Source: Cereibacter sphaeroides 2.4.1 (lineage in GTDB: Bacteria > Pseudomonadota > Alphaproteobacteria > Rhodobacterales > Rhodobacteraceae). Taken from it: 32,000 nucleotides of DNA. The stretch covers positions 2,190,001-2,222,000 of the forward strand of contig NC_007493.2 in the NCBI RefSeq assembly GCF_000012905.2, read 5' to 3'. The notes beneath the pieces were generated by a model that saw nothing but the letters and a program-made list of their open reading frames with translations, was not told the origin of the DNA and searched no databases. Positions 15,091-21,790 of the stretch are shown here, one piece after another. Made by a program: the position numbers and the translations under genes. The number at the start of each line of letters is the position of its first letter. Within the stretch, counting starts at the first letter, position 1.

Positions 15091-16608
15091 TCAGTCGAGG
15101 CCGAGGGCGCGGCAGGCGCTGTGCGCCACCTCCTCCGGCGGCCGGCCGGTGTCGAGCGTCCGCCAATCCCCGGCGCGGGGCTGGCGGGCAAGCTGCGCCC
15201 GCACCACGGCCTCGTCCGCATCCGAGGCATCGCTCCGGCGCGTTGAAACGCGGGCGACGAGCAGATCGGGCGGCGCCTCCAGCCACAGGCCCTCGAGCGG
15301 CACGCCCCGCTCGGCGGCCAGCGCCCGCGCCGCCGCCCGGTCCGCCGGATCGAGAAAGGTCGCATCGAGGATCACCGGCCAGCCCGCGGCGAGGATCGCT
15401 CCGGCACGCGCCAGCATCTGCCCGTAGACCGCATGACGCGCGTCCTCGCCGTAAGCCGCGCCGCCGAGGCGGCGGTCGGTCGGAACCCCGGCCCGCGACT
15501 TCCGCTCCAGATCCGAGCGCAGGTGGATCGCCCCGGGCGGCAGCCCGAGCCGCGGCGCGAGCGCTGCCGCCAGCACCGTCTTGCCGCTGCCCGAGACGCC
15601 GCCGATGGCCAGGAGCCGCGGCGGCGGCGGCGAGAGCGCCCGGAGCGCCTCGTCGAGCAGGCCTCGCGCCTCCGCATCGCTGTGACCCGGCGCGCCGCGC
15701 GCGGCATCGGTCTGCACCAGCACCATGCCCCGGATCGCCGCGCGGACGGCGAGAAACAGCGGCAGCGCGGCCAGCCCTCCGTCCTCGTCGCCCCGCATCT
15801 CGAAGAGCCAGGCCGCGAGCGCGATCCCCGCCGCGCGTGTCAGGCCGCGGTGGTCGAGATCCATCAGGAGGAACGCCAGATCGTAGAGGATGTCGCAGGT
15901 GCCGAGCGTCTCGTCGAACTCGAGCGCGTCGAACGGCACGGGCTCGCCCTCGATCAGGACCAGATTGCGCAGATGCAGGTCGCCATGGCCCCGCCGCACG
16001 CGGCCCGCCTCCGACCGCGCCCGCAGAAGGGGCTTCGTCCGCGCGAGCATGTCCCGCGCCTGCGTTCCGAAGCGCGCGATCCGCTCCGCGCCGAGACCAT
16101 CCTCCATCCCCGCGAAGACCCGCCCGAGCTCGTCGAGGATCGCCTCCACGAGGGCCGCGCCGTCGGAGCTGCGCACGGGCGCCGCGCGGTGATAGGCGGC
16201 AAGGCTCCGGCCGAGCCGCGCGGCCAGCCGGTCGTCGAGCGCGCCCCGCTCGGCCACCGCCGAGAGCTCGTCCTCGGCCGGAAAGCGCCACATGCGCAGC
16301 ACCCACTCCACGGGCTCGCCCGGCCCGCCCAGGGCGAGCCCCTCCGGTTCGCGGGTCACCGCCACCAGATCGCGGTAGATCGCGGGCGCGGCGGGCCTAT
16401 TCAGTTCCAACTCGCGGGCGAGCATCCGGTGCCGCAGCGCCAGCGTCGAGAGGTCCATGTAGTCGTAGCGCACCGCCCGCTTGATCTTGAAGGCCTGAGA
16501 TCCGGCGAGAAAGACGAAGGCGCCATGGGTCTCGACCCGCTCGACCGGCGCGCCCCCATGGGTCGCGGGATCGGAGAGGAAGCGCACCGCCTCGGTCTGG
16601 TCCTGCAT
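15091..16608 (-). CDS. Fusion protein: N-terminal aminoglycoside-phosphotransferase-like (APH/ePK-like) kinase domain plus C-terminal P-loop (AAA_33/zeta-toxin-like) kinase domain; substrate unknown
   Basis: The 505-aa product has an APH catalytic loop (GHGDLHLRNLVL) and a metal-binding segment (FDALEFDETLGTCDILYDLAFLLMDL). A Walker A motif (IGGVSGSGKT) follows in the C-terminal third. The ATG at 16608 is preceded by GGGAGA 6 nt upstream. Confidence 0.8.
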   Translation of the reverse strand: MQDQTEAVRFLSDPATHGGAPVERVETHGAFVFLAGSQAFKIKRAVRYDYMDLSTLALRHRMLARELELNRPAAPAIYRDLVAVTREPEGLALGGPGEPVEWVLRMWRFPAEDELSAVAERGALDDRLAARLGRSLAAYHRAAPVRSSDGAALVEAILDELGRVFAGMEDGLGAERIARFGTQARDMLARTKPLLRARSEAGRVRRGHGDLHLRNLVLIEGEPVPFDALEFDETLGTCDILYDLAFLLMDLDHRGLTRAAGIALAAWLFEMRGDEDGGLAALPLFLAVRAAIRGMVLVQTDAARGAPGHSDAEARGLLDEALRALSPPPPRLLAIGGVSGSGKTVLAAALAPRLGLPPGAIHLRSDLERKSRAGVPTDRRLGGAAYGEDARHAVYGQMLARAGAILAAGWPVILDATFLDPADRAAARALAAERGVPLEGLWLEAPPDLLVARVSTRRSDASDADEAVVRAQLARQPRAGDWRTLDTGRPPEEVAHSACRALGLD

Positions 16609-16652
16609 CGGCCGTCTCCCTTCGCCCCCGAGCCTGACCCTGCCCGCAGCCA

Positions 16653-16689
16653 AGTCAAGGCGTCGCGCCGTCGCCTTGACTGAAGTCAA
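16653..16689. promoter_or_regulatory. Nested palindromes in a divergent promoter region: a 10-bp inverted repeat overlapping an FNR/FixK-like box
   Basis: AGTCAAGGCG-N9-CGCCTTGACT spans 16653-16681. TTGAC-TGAA-GTCAA spans 16676-16689 and matches TTGAT-N4-ATCAA at 8/10 positions, with a symmetric T>C / A>G change that keeps the TTG-N8-CAA core. Its centre is 74.5 nt from the kinase ATG and 85.5 nt from the phasin-like ATG. Confidence 0.45.
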
Positions 16690-16767
16690 TGACGCAGCCC
16701 GCATCGCGTGAAAGGCTGGGCGACAGTCACGATCCCGGAGCAGGCCCCCTCAGAGGAGGAGCGCAGG

Positions 16768-17100
16768 ATGGCTATTCCGAAGAGACCGCAGGACACCCTC
16801 CCCCCGCTCGATGCCGAAGGCTTGCGGCAGGTGAGCATGGCCTTCCAGGGCAGCACCGCCAGCGCCTACGAGCTCTGGCTGCGCTTCGCCCATGAAGTCT
16901 CGCATTTCGCGGCCGACCGGATCTGCGAGACGGTGAAGACCCAGCAGCAGATGATGCACTGCCACAGCCTGTCCGAGCTCGCGCATCTGCGCGCGCAATG
17001 GGTGCAGCGGGCGATGGATCAATATGCCGAGGAGGCTGGCCGGATGGCCGGGATCTGGCGCGAGGCGCTGGAGCGGACGGTCCGGATCCGGACCGACTGA
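16768..17100 (+). CDS. Phasin-like small protein (putative phasin_2 family)
   Basis: The 110-aa product has a ...VKTQQQMMHCHSLSELAHLRAQWVQRAMDQYAEEAGRMAGIW... segment that resembles the phasin-family helix pattern (T.QQ....S..E...LQ..W......Y..E). The ATG at 16768 is preceded by GAGGAGGAG. The family call is from memory only. Confidence 0.5.
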   Translation: MAIPKRPQDTLPPLDAEGLRQVSMAFQGSTASAYELWLRFAHEVSHFAADRICETVKTQQQMMHCHSLSELAHLRAQWVQRAMDQYAEEAGRMAGIWREALERTVRIRTD

Positions 17101-17118
17101 GCCGCGGAAGGGCGGTGC

Positions 17119-17138
17119 GGCGCGCAAGGATCCGCGCC
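17119..17138 (+). terminator. Weak hairpin plus U-rich tail after the phasin-like gene
   Basis: GGCGCG-CAAGGATC-CGCGCC is a 6-bp stem followed by TTGGGGTTTGTC. Confidence 0.3.
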
Positions 17139-17204
17139 TTGGGGTTTGTCATCGGCTGCAAAGGCCCCATCTTCTGCCGATGACCGGAGCCTCGTGAGAC
17201 CGCC

Positions 17205-17927
17205 ATGCCCGCAGCCGACATCACCGTCGCCTCTTACAATATCCACAAGGGCGTCGGCACCGACCGCCGCCGCGACCTGCGGCGGACCGCCGCCGTGATC
17301 GCCGAACTCGACGCCGATCTCGTGGCGCTGCAGGAGGCCGACCGGCGCTTCGGCGACCGTGCGGGGCTCCTCGATCTCGAGCATCTGAAGGACGAGACGG
17401 GCCTCGTGCCGGTGAAGGTCGAGGGGCGCGGCCGCGCGCACGGCTGGCACGGCAATCTGCTTCTGGTCCGGGACGCCGAGGTCGAGGAGGTGCAGAAGAT
17501 CGTCCTGCCGAGCTTCGAGCCGCGCGGCGCGCTGATGATCGACATGATGATCCGCGGCCGTCCGCTGCGGGTGATCGCGGCGCATCTCGGCCTCCTGCCC
17601 GCCTCGCGCGCGGCGCAGACGCGCCATCTCCTCGAGCGGATCGAAGCAAGCACCCCGCGCCCGACGCTGCTCATGGGCGATCTGAACGAGTGGCGCGGCA
17701 CGGGCGCGGCGATGGGCCATCTCGCGCGCCATTTCACCGGCGGCGTAATGGTGCGCAGCTTTCCCTCGCGTTTTCCGATCCTTGCCCTCGACCGCCTGAT
17801 GACCTGCAAACACGGCCAGCTCCACGACGTGAGCACCCACGACACGCCGCTCGCCCGGCGCGCCTCGGACCACCTGCCGATCAAGGCGCGCCTGCATCTG
17901 CCTGATCGGATCGCGGCCGCATCATGA
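17205..17927 (+). CDS. Endonuclease/exonuclease/phosphatase (EEP) family protein
   Basis: The 240-aa product contains SYNIHKG, DLVALQE, GDLNEW and SDHLPI, the canonical EEP catalytic motifs. Its stop overlaps the next ATG (ATGA at 17924-17927). Confidence 0.85.
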   Translation: MPAADITVASYNIHKGVGTDRRRDLRRTAAVIAELDADLVALQEADRRFGDRAGLLDLEHLKDETGLVPVKVEGRGRAHGWHGNLLLVRDAEVEEVQKIVLPSFEPRGALMIDMMIRGRPLRVIAAHLGLLPASRAAQTRHLLERIEASTPRPTLLMGDLNEWRGTGAAMGHLARHFTGGVMVRSFPSRFPILALDRLMTCKHGQLHDVSTHDTPLARRASDHLPIKARLHLPDRIAAAS

Positions 17928-19474
17928 TCGACGACTGGCTGGGCGTCCTCGCCTGGGTTCTGGCCGCGGTGGCAGCGGTGGCAGGTCTCTCGGCCTTCAC
18001 CTGGCGCTCGTGGCGGCGCTTCGCCCGCCAGGCTCGCGGCGCCGTCACCACGGCCCTGCCGCGCACCGGCCCCGAGACGGAGCTCGATGCGCTCTTCGCC
18101 CCGCTCGAGGCCGACCATCCCGGCCGCTCGGGCCTGCTCGCGCTGCTCGACAATCCCGACGCCTACGCCGCCCGGGCGCTCTCGGCCCGGATGGCCGGGC
18201 GCTCGCTCGACCTGATGTATTACATCTGGCGGACCGACCTCACCGGCTGGCTCCTCATCGAGGAGCTGCTGGCGGCCGCCGACCGCGGGGTGCGGGTGCG
18301 GCTTCTCCTCGACGACGTGAATGTGCAGGGTTTCGACCGCGCCTTCCTCGCGCTGAACCAGCACCCGAACGTCGAGGTGCGGCTCTTCAACCCGATCCGC
18401 AATCGAGGCCATGTCCTGCGCCGCACGCTCGAGATGCTGCTGGGCCTGTCCCGCTTCAACCGCCGGATGCACAACAAGGCCTGGATTGCCGACGGTCGGC
18501 TGGCCATCGTGGGCGGGCGCAACATCGGCGACACCTACTACGACGCCGAGGAAAGCGGCCTTGCCATGTCGCGCGATGCCGATGTGATGCTGGCGGGCCC
18601 CGTGGTGGCCGAGGTCGAGGGGCTCTTCGACAGCTACTGGAACCTCGGTCTCGCGCTGCCGATCCTGACGCTCTGGCCCGAGTTCAAGGTGAATGTCCGC
18701 AGCTTCCAGCGCCGGATGATGCGCCACAACCGGGCGCCCGAGGCGGTCTCGTTCCTGCGCCGCACCATGGCCGGGCGCGACGGGCCGACGCTTCTGACCG
18801 CGCGCCTGCGCTGGACCGACAAGGTCACGCTGCTGGCCGACCCTCCCGACAAGGCGATGGGCCAGAGGTCGGGGCCCTGGATGGGCGAGGCGATCACCGC
18901 GCTCCTGCGCGCGGCCGAGCGCGAGGTGCGGCTCATCACGCCCTACTTCGTGCCCGGCAACGACGGCTGCGACCTGCTGACCGAGCTCGCGCAGCGGGGG
19001 GTGCGGCTCTCGATCATGACCAATGCCCTGTCGGTGACAGACATGGTGCTGGTGCACGGCGCCTATCGCCACTACCGGCTGCCGCTCCTGAAGGCCGGGG
19101 CGGAGCTCTACGAATTCGGCCCCCCGCCGCGCCCCTGCGGACGACGCGACCTGCTGCACACCAAGGTCTTCCTGATCGACGGGCGGCAGGCGGTGGTGGG
19201 GTCGCTGAACTTCGACCTGCGCTCGGCCTTCATGAACACGGAGCTGGGCGTGCTCTTCGAGGAACCCGATCTCTTTGCCGAGCTCGAGGCGATGTTCGAC
19301 CGCCAGAGCGCGCCCGACGAGGCGCACCGCCTGTCGCTCGAGAAGGGCCGGCTGCGCTGGTCGGTGACCGAGGAGGGACGCGCCGCCCTCGCCCGGTTCG
19401 AGCCGGACTCGCCCCCCGCGCTGCGGGCCGTCTCCTGGGTGGTGGGGCATCTGCCGATCCAGAGCTACCTCTGA
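17924..19474 (+). CDS. Phospholipase D superfamily protein with two HKD motifs and an N-terminal TM anchor (cardiolipin-synthase-like)
   Basis: The 516-aa product has HKD motif 1 at RMHNKAWIADGRLAIVGGRNIGD and HKD motif 2 at LLHTKVFLIDGRQAVVGSLNFD. It has a hydrophobic N-terminus (WLGVLAWVLAAVAAVAGLSAF). Confidence 0.9.
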   Translation: MIDDWLGVLAWVLAAVAAVAGLSAFTWRSWRRFARQARGAVTTALPRTGPETELDALFAPLEADHPGRSGLLALLDNPDAYAARALSARMAGRSLDLMYYIWRTDLTGWLLIEELLAAADRGVRVRLLLDDVNVQGFDRAFLALNQHPNVEVRLFNPIRNRGHVLRRTLEMLLGLSRFNRRMHNKAWIADGRLAIVGGRNIGDTYYDAEESGLAMSRDADVMLAGPVVAEVEGLFDSYWNLGLALPILTLWPEFKVNVRSFQRRMMRHNRAPEAVSFLRRTMAGRDGPTLLTARLRWTDKVTLLADPPDKAMGQRSGPWMGEAITALLRAAEREVRLITPYFVPGNDGCDLLTELAQRGVRLSIMTNALSVTDMVLVHGAYRHYRLPLLKAGAELYEFGPPPRPCGRRDLLHTKVFLIDGRQAVVGSLNFDLRSAFMNTELGVLFEEPDLFAELEAMFDRQSAPDEAHRLSLEKGRLRWSVTEEGRAALARFEPDSPPALRAVSWVVGHLPIQSYL

Positions 19475-19516
19475 GGCTGGCGTCCGAGGGGGTCGTGAAC
19501 CGCCCTCCCTTCAAAA

Positions 19517-19536
19517 ATATTCGAGGATGAGAATAA
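19517..19536. promoter_or_regulatory. Second copy of the ATATTC-N8-GAATA(T/A) motif, in an AT-rich island upstream of cycP
   Basis: ATATTCGA-GGATGA-GAATAA has the same half-sites and spacing as the palindrome at 7662-7685 (ATATTCGA-TTTGAC-GAATAT). It lies 43 nt after the PLD stop and about 160 nt before the cycP ATG. Confidence 0.35.
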
Positions 19537-19693
19537 GTCTGCTTTCGCCTGTAATTACTGGCAAATCGGAAGCCGCCTGAGGGCCGTGCGGCAAGCTGCC
19601 GCAGTTGAAACCTTGCCTAATCGCGACGGATTTCGGGGGCGTCACCGTGTGACGTTCGCCCGCCCGTTGCGGGCCTGTAGCAAGGAAAGACCA

Positions 19694-20143
19694 ATGAGAC
19701 GAGTTCTTCTAGCCACCCTGATGGCCGCCCTTCCCGCCGCAGCCATGGCTGCCGATGCCGAACATGTGGTCGAGGCCCGCAAGGGCTATTTCTCCCTCGT
19801 GGCTCTCGAATTCGGGCCGCTTGCCGCGATGGCCAAGGGCGAGATGCCCTATGATGCCGCGGCCGCCAAGGCGCATGCGTCCGATCTCGTGACCCTGACC
19901 AAATACGATCCCTCCGACCTCTACGCCCCCGGCACCTCGGCGGACGATGTGAAGGGCACGGCCGCGAAGGCCGCGATCTGGCAGGATGCAGATGGCTTCC
20001 AGGCGAAGGGCATGGCCTTCTTCGAGGCGGTGGCGGCCCTCGAACCTGCGGCCGGCGCGGGCCAGAAGGAGCTGGCCGCCGCCGTGGGCAAGGTCGGCGG
20101 CACCTGCAAATCCTGCCACGACGACTTCCGGGTGAAGAGATAA
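19694..20143 (+). CDS. cycP: Cytochrome c' (class II c-type cytochrome), with signal peptide
   Basis: The 149-aa product starts MRRVLLATLMAALPAAAMA/ADAEHVVEARKGYFSL... It has a C-terminal heme site (GGTCKSCHDDFR) and a four-helix-bundle class II cytochrome pattern. The ATG is preceded by AAGGAAAGA. Confidence 0.95.
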   Translation: MRRVLLATLMAALPAAAMAADAEHVVEARKGYFSLVALEFGPLAAMAKGEMPYDAAAAKAHASDLVTLTKYDPSDLYAPGTSADDVKGTAAKAAIWQDADGFQAKGMAFFEAVAALEPAAGAGQKELAAAVGKVGGTCKSCHDDFRVKR

Positions 20144-20146
20144 GCC

Positions 20147-20746
20147 ATGAGCAGCCCGGACATCCCCTCCCCCGCCGTCGAGACCGTCCGCATCTGGGAC
20201 CCGCTCCTGCGGCTCTTCCACTGGGCACTGGCCGCCACGGTCGTTCTGGCCTGGGGCCTCGGCAAGTTCGGCCCGGACATCATGACGCTGCATTTCTACG
20301 CGGGATATGCGGTGATCGGGCTGCTCGCCTTCCGCCTGCTCTGGGCGCTGGTGGGGCCGCGCCCTGCCCGCTTCTCGAGCTTCGTCTACCGCCCGCGCGA
20401 GATCCTCGCCTATGCGGCGGAGGCCTGGCGGCCGCGCCCCTCCTACTGGCGGGGGCACAACCCGCTGGGCGGGCTCTTCATCGTCGTGCTCATCGCGGTG
20501 CTCGCGCTGCAGGCGCTGACGGGGCTCGTGGCCGACCCGGACGATTTCGTGAATGTGGGGCCGCTGGCCGCCTCGGTGCCCTCCTGGGTCTCGGGAAGCG
20601 CGCCCGGCTGGCACGAGCTGCTGGGCAACCTGACGCTCGCCCTCGTGGCGCTCCATCTCGGCGCCATCGCCTTCTACAAGCTCTGGAAGCACGAGGATCT
20701 GATCCGGCCGATGCTGACCGGCCGCAAGACCGTCCGCCGCGGTTGA
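20147..20746 (+). CDS. Cytochrome b561-type / Ni-Fe-hydrogenase b-type cytochrome family membrane protein
   Basis: The 199-aa product has four TM helices with His in LFHWALA, TLHFYAGY, WHELLGN and LVALHLGAI (bis-heme ligand pattern). It starts 3 nt after the cycP stop. Confidence 0.85.
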   Translation: MSSPDIPSPAVETVRIWDPLLRLFHWALAATVVLAWGLGKFGPDIMTLHFYAGYAVIGLLAFRLLWALVGPRPARFSSFVYRPREILAYAAEAWRPRPSYWRGHNPLGGLFIVVLIAVLALQALTGLVADPDDFVNVGPLAASVPSWVSGSAPGWHELLGNLTLALVALHLGAIAFYKLWKHEDLIRPMLTGRKTVRRG

Positions 20747-20754
20747 CCGCTGAA

Positions 20755-20774
20755 GGGCGCCTTTCGGGGCGCCC
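20755..20774. terminator. GC hairpin between the convergent cytochrome b and aldolase genes
   Basis: GGGCGCC-TTTCGG-GGCGCCC is a 7-bp stem. There is no strong U-tract. Confidence 0.4.
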
Positions 20775-20791
20775 CTCCCGCGCCCCGGGCC

Positions 20792-21436
20792 TCAGACCTG
20801 CAGCCCGTAGCCCGAGAATTTCTCGATCACCGCCGCGATCTGCGCCTCCGACAGGATCCGCACCTCGCCCAGTTGCAGGCAGCCCAGATACTGCCGGGCC
20901 AGCGTCTCGACCTCGACCGCCGTCCAGAGCGTACGCGCCAGCGACGGGCCGATGGCGATCATGCCGTGATGCTCGAGGAGACAGGCCAGCCGCCCGTCCA
21001 GCGCCGCCACCGCATGATGCGACAGCTCTTCCGAGCCGTAGATGGCATAGGGCGCCACCCGGATCGTCGGCCCGCCCGCCGCGGCGATCATGTAGTGAAT
21101 GGCCGGGATCTCGCGATTGAGGATGGCGAGCGTGGTGCAGGCCAGCGGATGTGCATGCACCACCGCCTGCGCCTCGGGCCGGGCCGCGAGGATGTCGCGG
21201 TGGAAGCGCCATTCGCTCGAGGGCCGGTGGCGGCCGGTGGCCGTCCCGTCCATGGCGAGAAAGACGATGTCCTCGGGCGCGAGCTTCTCGTAGGCGATGG
21301 CGGTGGGGGTGATGAGCAGTCCCTCGCCATGCCGCACCGAGATATTGCCCGAGGTGCCCTGATTGAGCCCCGAGCGGTTCATCTCGAGGCAGGCCGCGAT
21401 GATCGCCTCGCGCTTCGTCCGTTCGTCCGCGTCCAT
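20792..21436 (-). CDS. Class II aldolase/adducin-family protein (FucA / ribulose-phosphate epimerase-like)
   Basis: The 214-aa product contains GLNQGTSGNISVR, ITPT, SSEWRFHRDI, VVHAHP and HHGMIAIG, which are zinc-ligand and phosphate-site motifs. The ATG at 21436 is preceded by AGGAGG 6 nt upstream, so the longer ORF-track N-terminus is rejected. Confidence 0.85.
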   Translation of the reverse strand: MDADERTKREAIIAACLEMNRSGLNQGTSGNISVRHGEGLLITPTAIAYEKLAPEDIVFLAMDGTATGRHRPSSEWRFHRDILAARPEAQAVVHAHPLACTTLAILNREIPAIHYMIAAAGGPTIRVAPYAIYGSEELSHHAVAALDGRLACLLEHHGMIAIGPSLARTLWTAVEVETLARQYLGCLQLGEVRILSEAQIAAVIEKFSGYGLQV

Positions 21437-21555
21437 GACAGCCTCCTGCATCCCGGGCGCAGGCCTAGACCCGGTCCCCGCCCGGGTCAAAGCCGCGCGA
21501 CGTCGCACGGGCAGCCTGACCGGGAGAGCCGCCACCCAGAGGCCAGTCACCCTGA

Positions 21556-21735
21556 GGCGACGTGGCCCCGCCGGGTGCGCCTGCGGCCCGGCCCGTGATC
21601 GGCGCCGACCGTGCGCTGGCGCAACGTCGGGGTCGTCGCGCGTGCCTACGCAAGTTCGCCGGGGATCTGGTCGCGCACATGCATCTGGAGAATGAAGTGC
21701 TCTTCCCGCGCTTCGAGCGCCCGGCCGCCGCTTGA
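21556..21735 (+). pseudogene. Remnant of the 3' end of a RIC-family (YtfE/DnrN/ScdA, repair of iron centres, hemerythrin-like) gene
   Basis: Frame 1 ends ...LRKFAGDLVAHMHLENEVLFPRFERPAAA*. This matches the extreme C-terminus of E. coli YtfE as I recall it (...[21 protein letters not shown]). Only the last His/Glu di-iron ligands are present. There is no room for the other roughly 170 residues, because the aldolase start is at 21436. GC3 is high in frame 2 upstream of about 21650 and in frame 1 downstream of it, which suggests a frameshifted relic. Confidence 0.45.
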
Positions 21736-21790
21736 CCTTCCGACGTGGCGCGGGGACAAGCGTCGTCAGTGTCCCTGAAAGGTTCTACCT

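Noticed and set aside
13577-16484. Long plus-strand ORFs (13577-15427 and 15042-16484), and the in-frame extension of the lhgO reading frame up to 16306.
   Set aside because: They are Arg/Pro/Ala-rich, low-complexity translations that overlap lhgO and the kinase-fusion gene on the other strand or in another frame. A hairpin and an RBS define a much shorter lhgO.
16640-16649. A PhaR-type operator (CTGC-N3-GCAG) upstream of the phasin-like gene.
   Set aside because: The sequence is CTGC-CC-GCAG, which has a 2-nt spacer rather than 3. It is a single copy in a GC-rich context where such a match is easy by chance.
19395-19404. GGTTCGAGCC, a tRNA T-arm-like sequence.
   Set aside because: It lies inside the PLD coding frame, with no acceptor, D or anticodon arms around it.
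17234-19450. A 738-aa minus-strand ORF, and a 506-aa plus-strand off-frame ORF across the EEP/PLD genes.
   Set aside because: No family resemblance and biased composition. The EEP and PLD frames carry complete catalytic motifs, so these are GC artefacts.
19559-19574. A sigma54-like element, TGGCAA-N5-AAGCC, with correct GG/GC spacing, about 120 nt upstream of cycP.
   Set aside because: The -12 region lacks the TTGC core, there is no enhancer-binding protein gene nearby, and the match quality is low.
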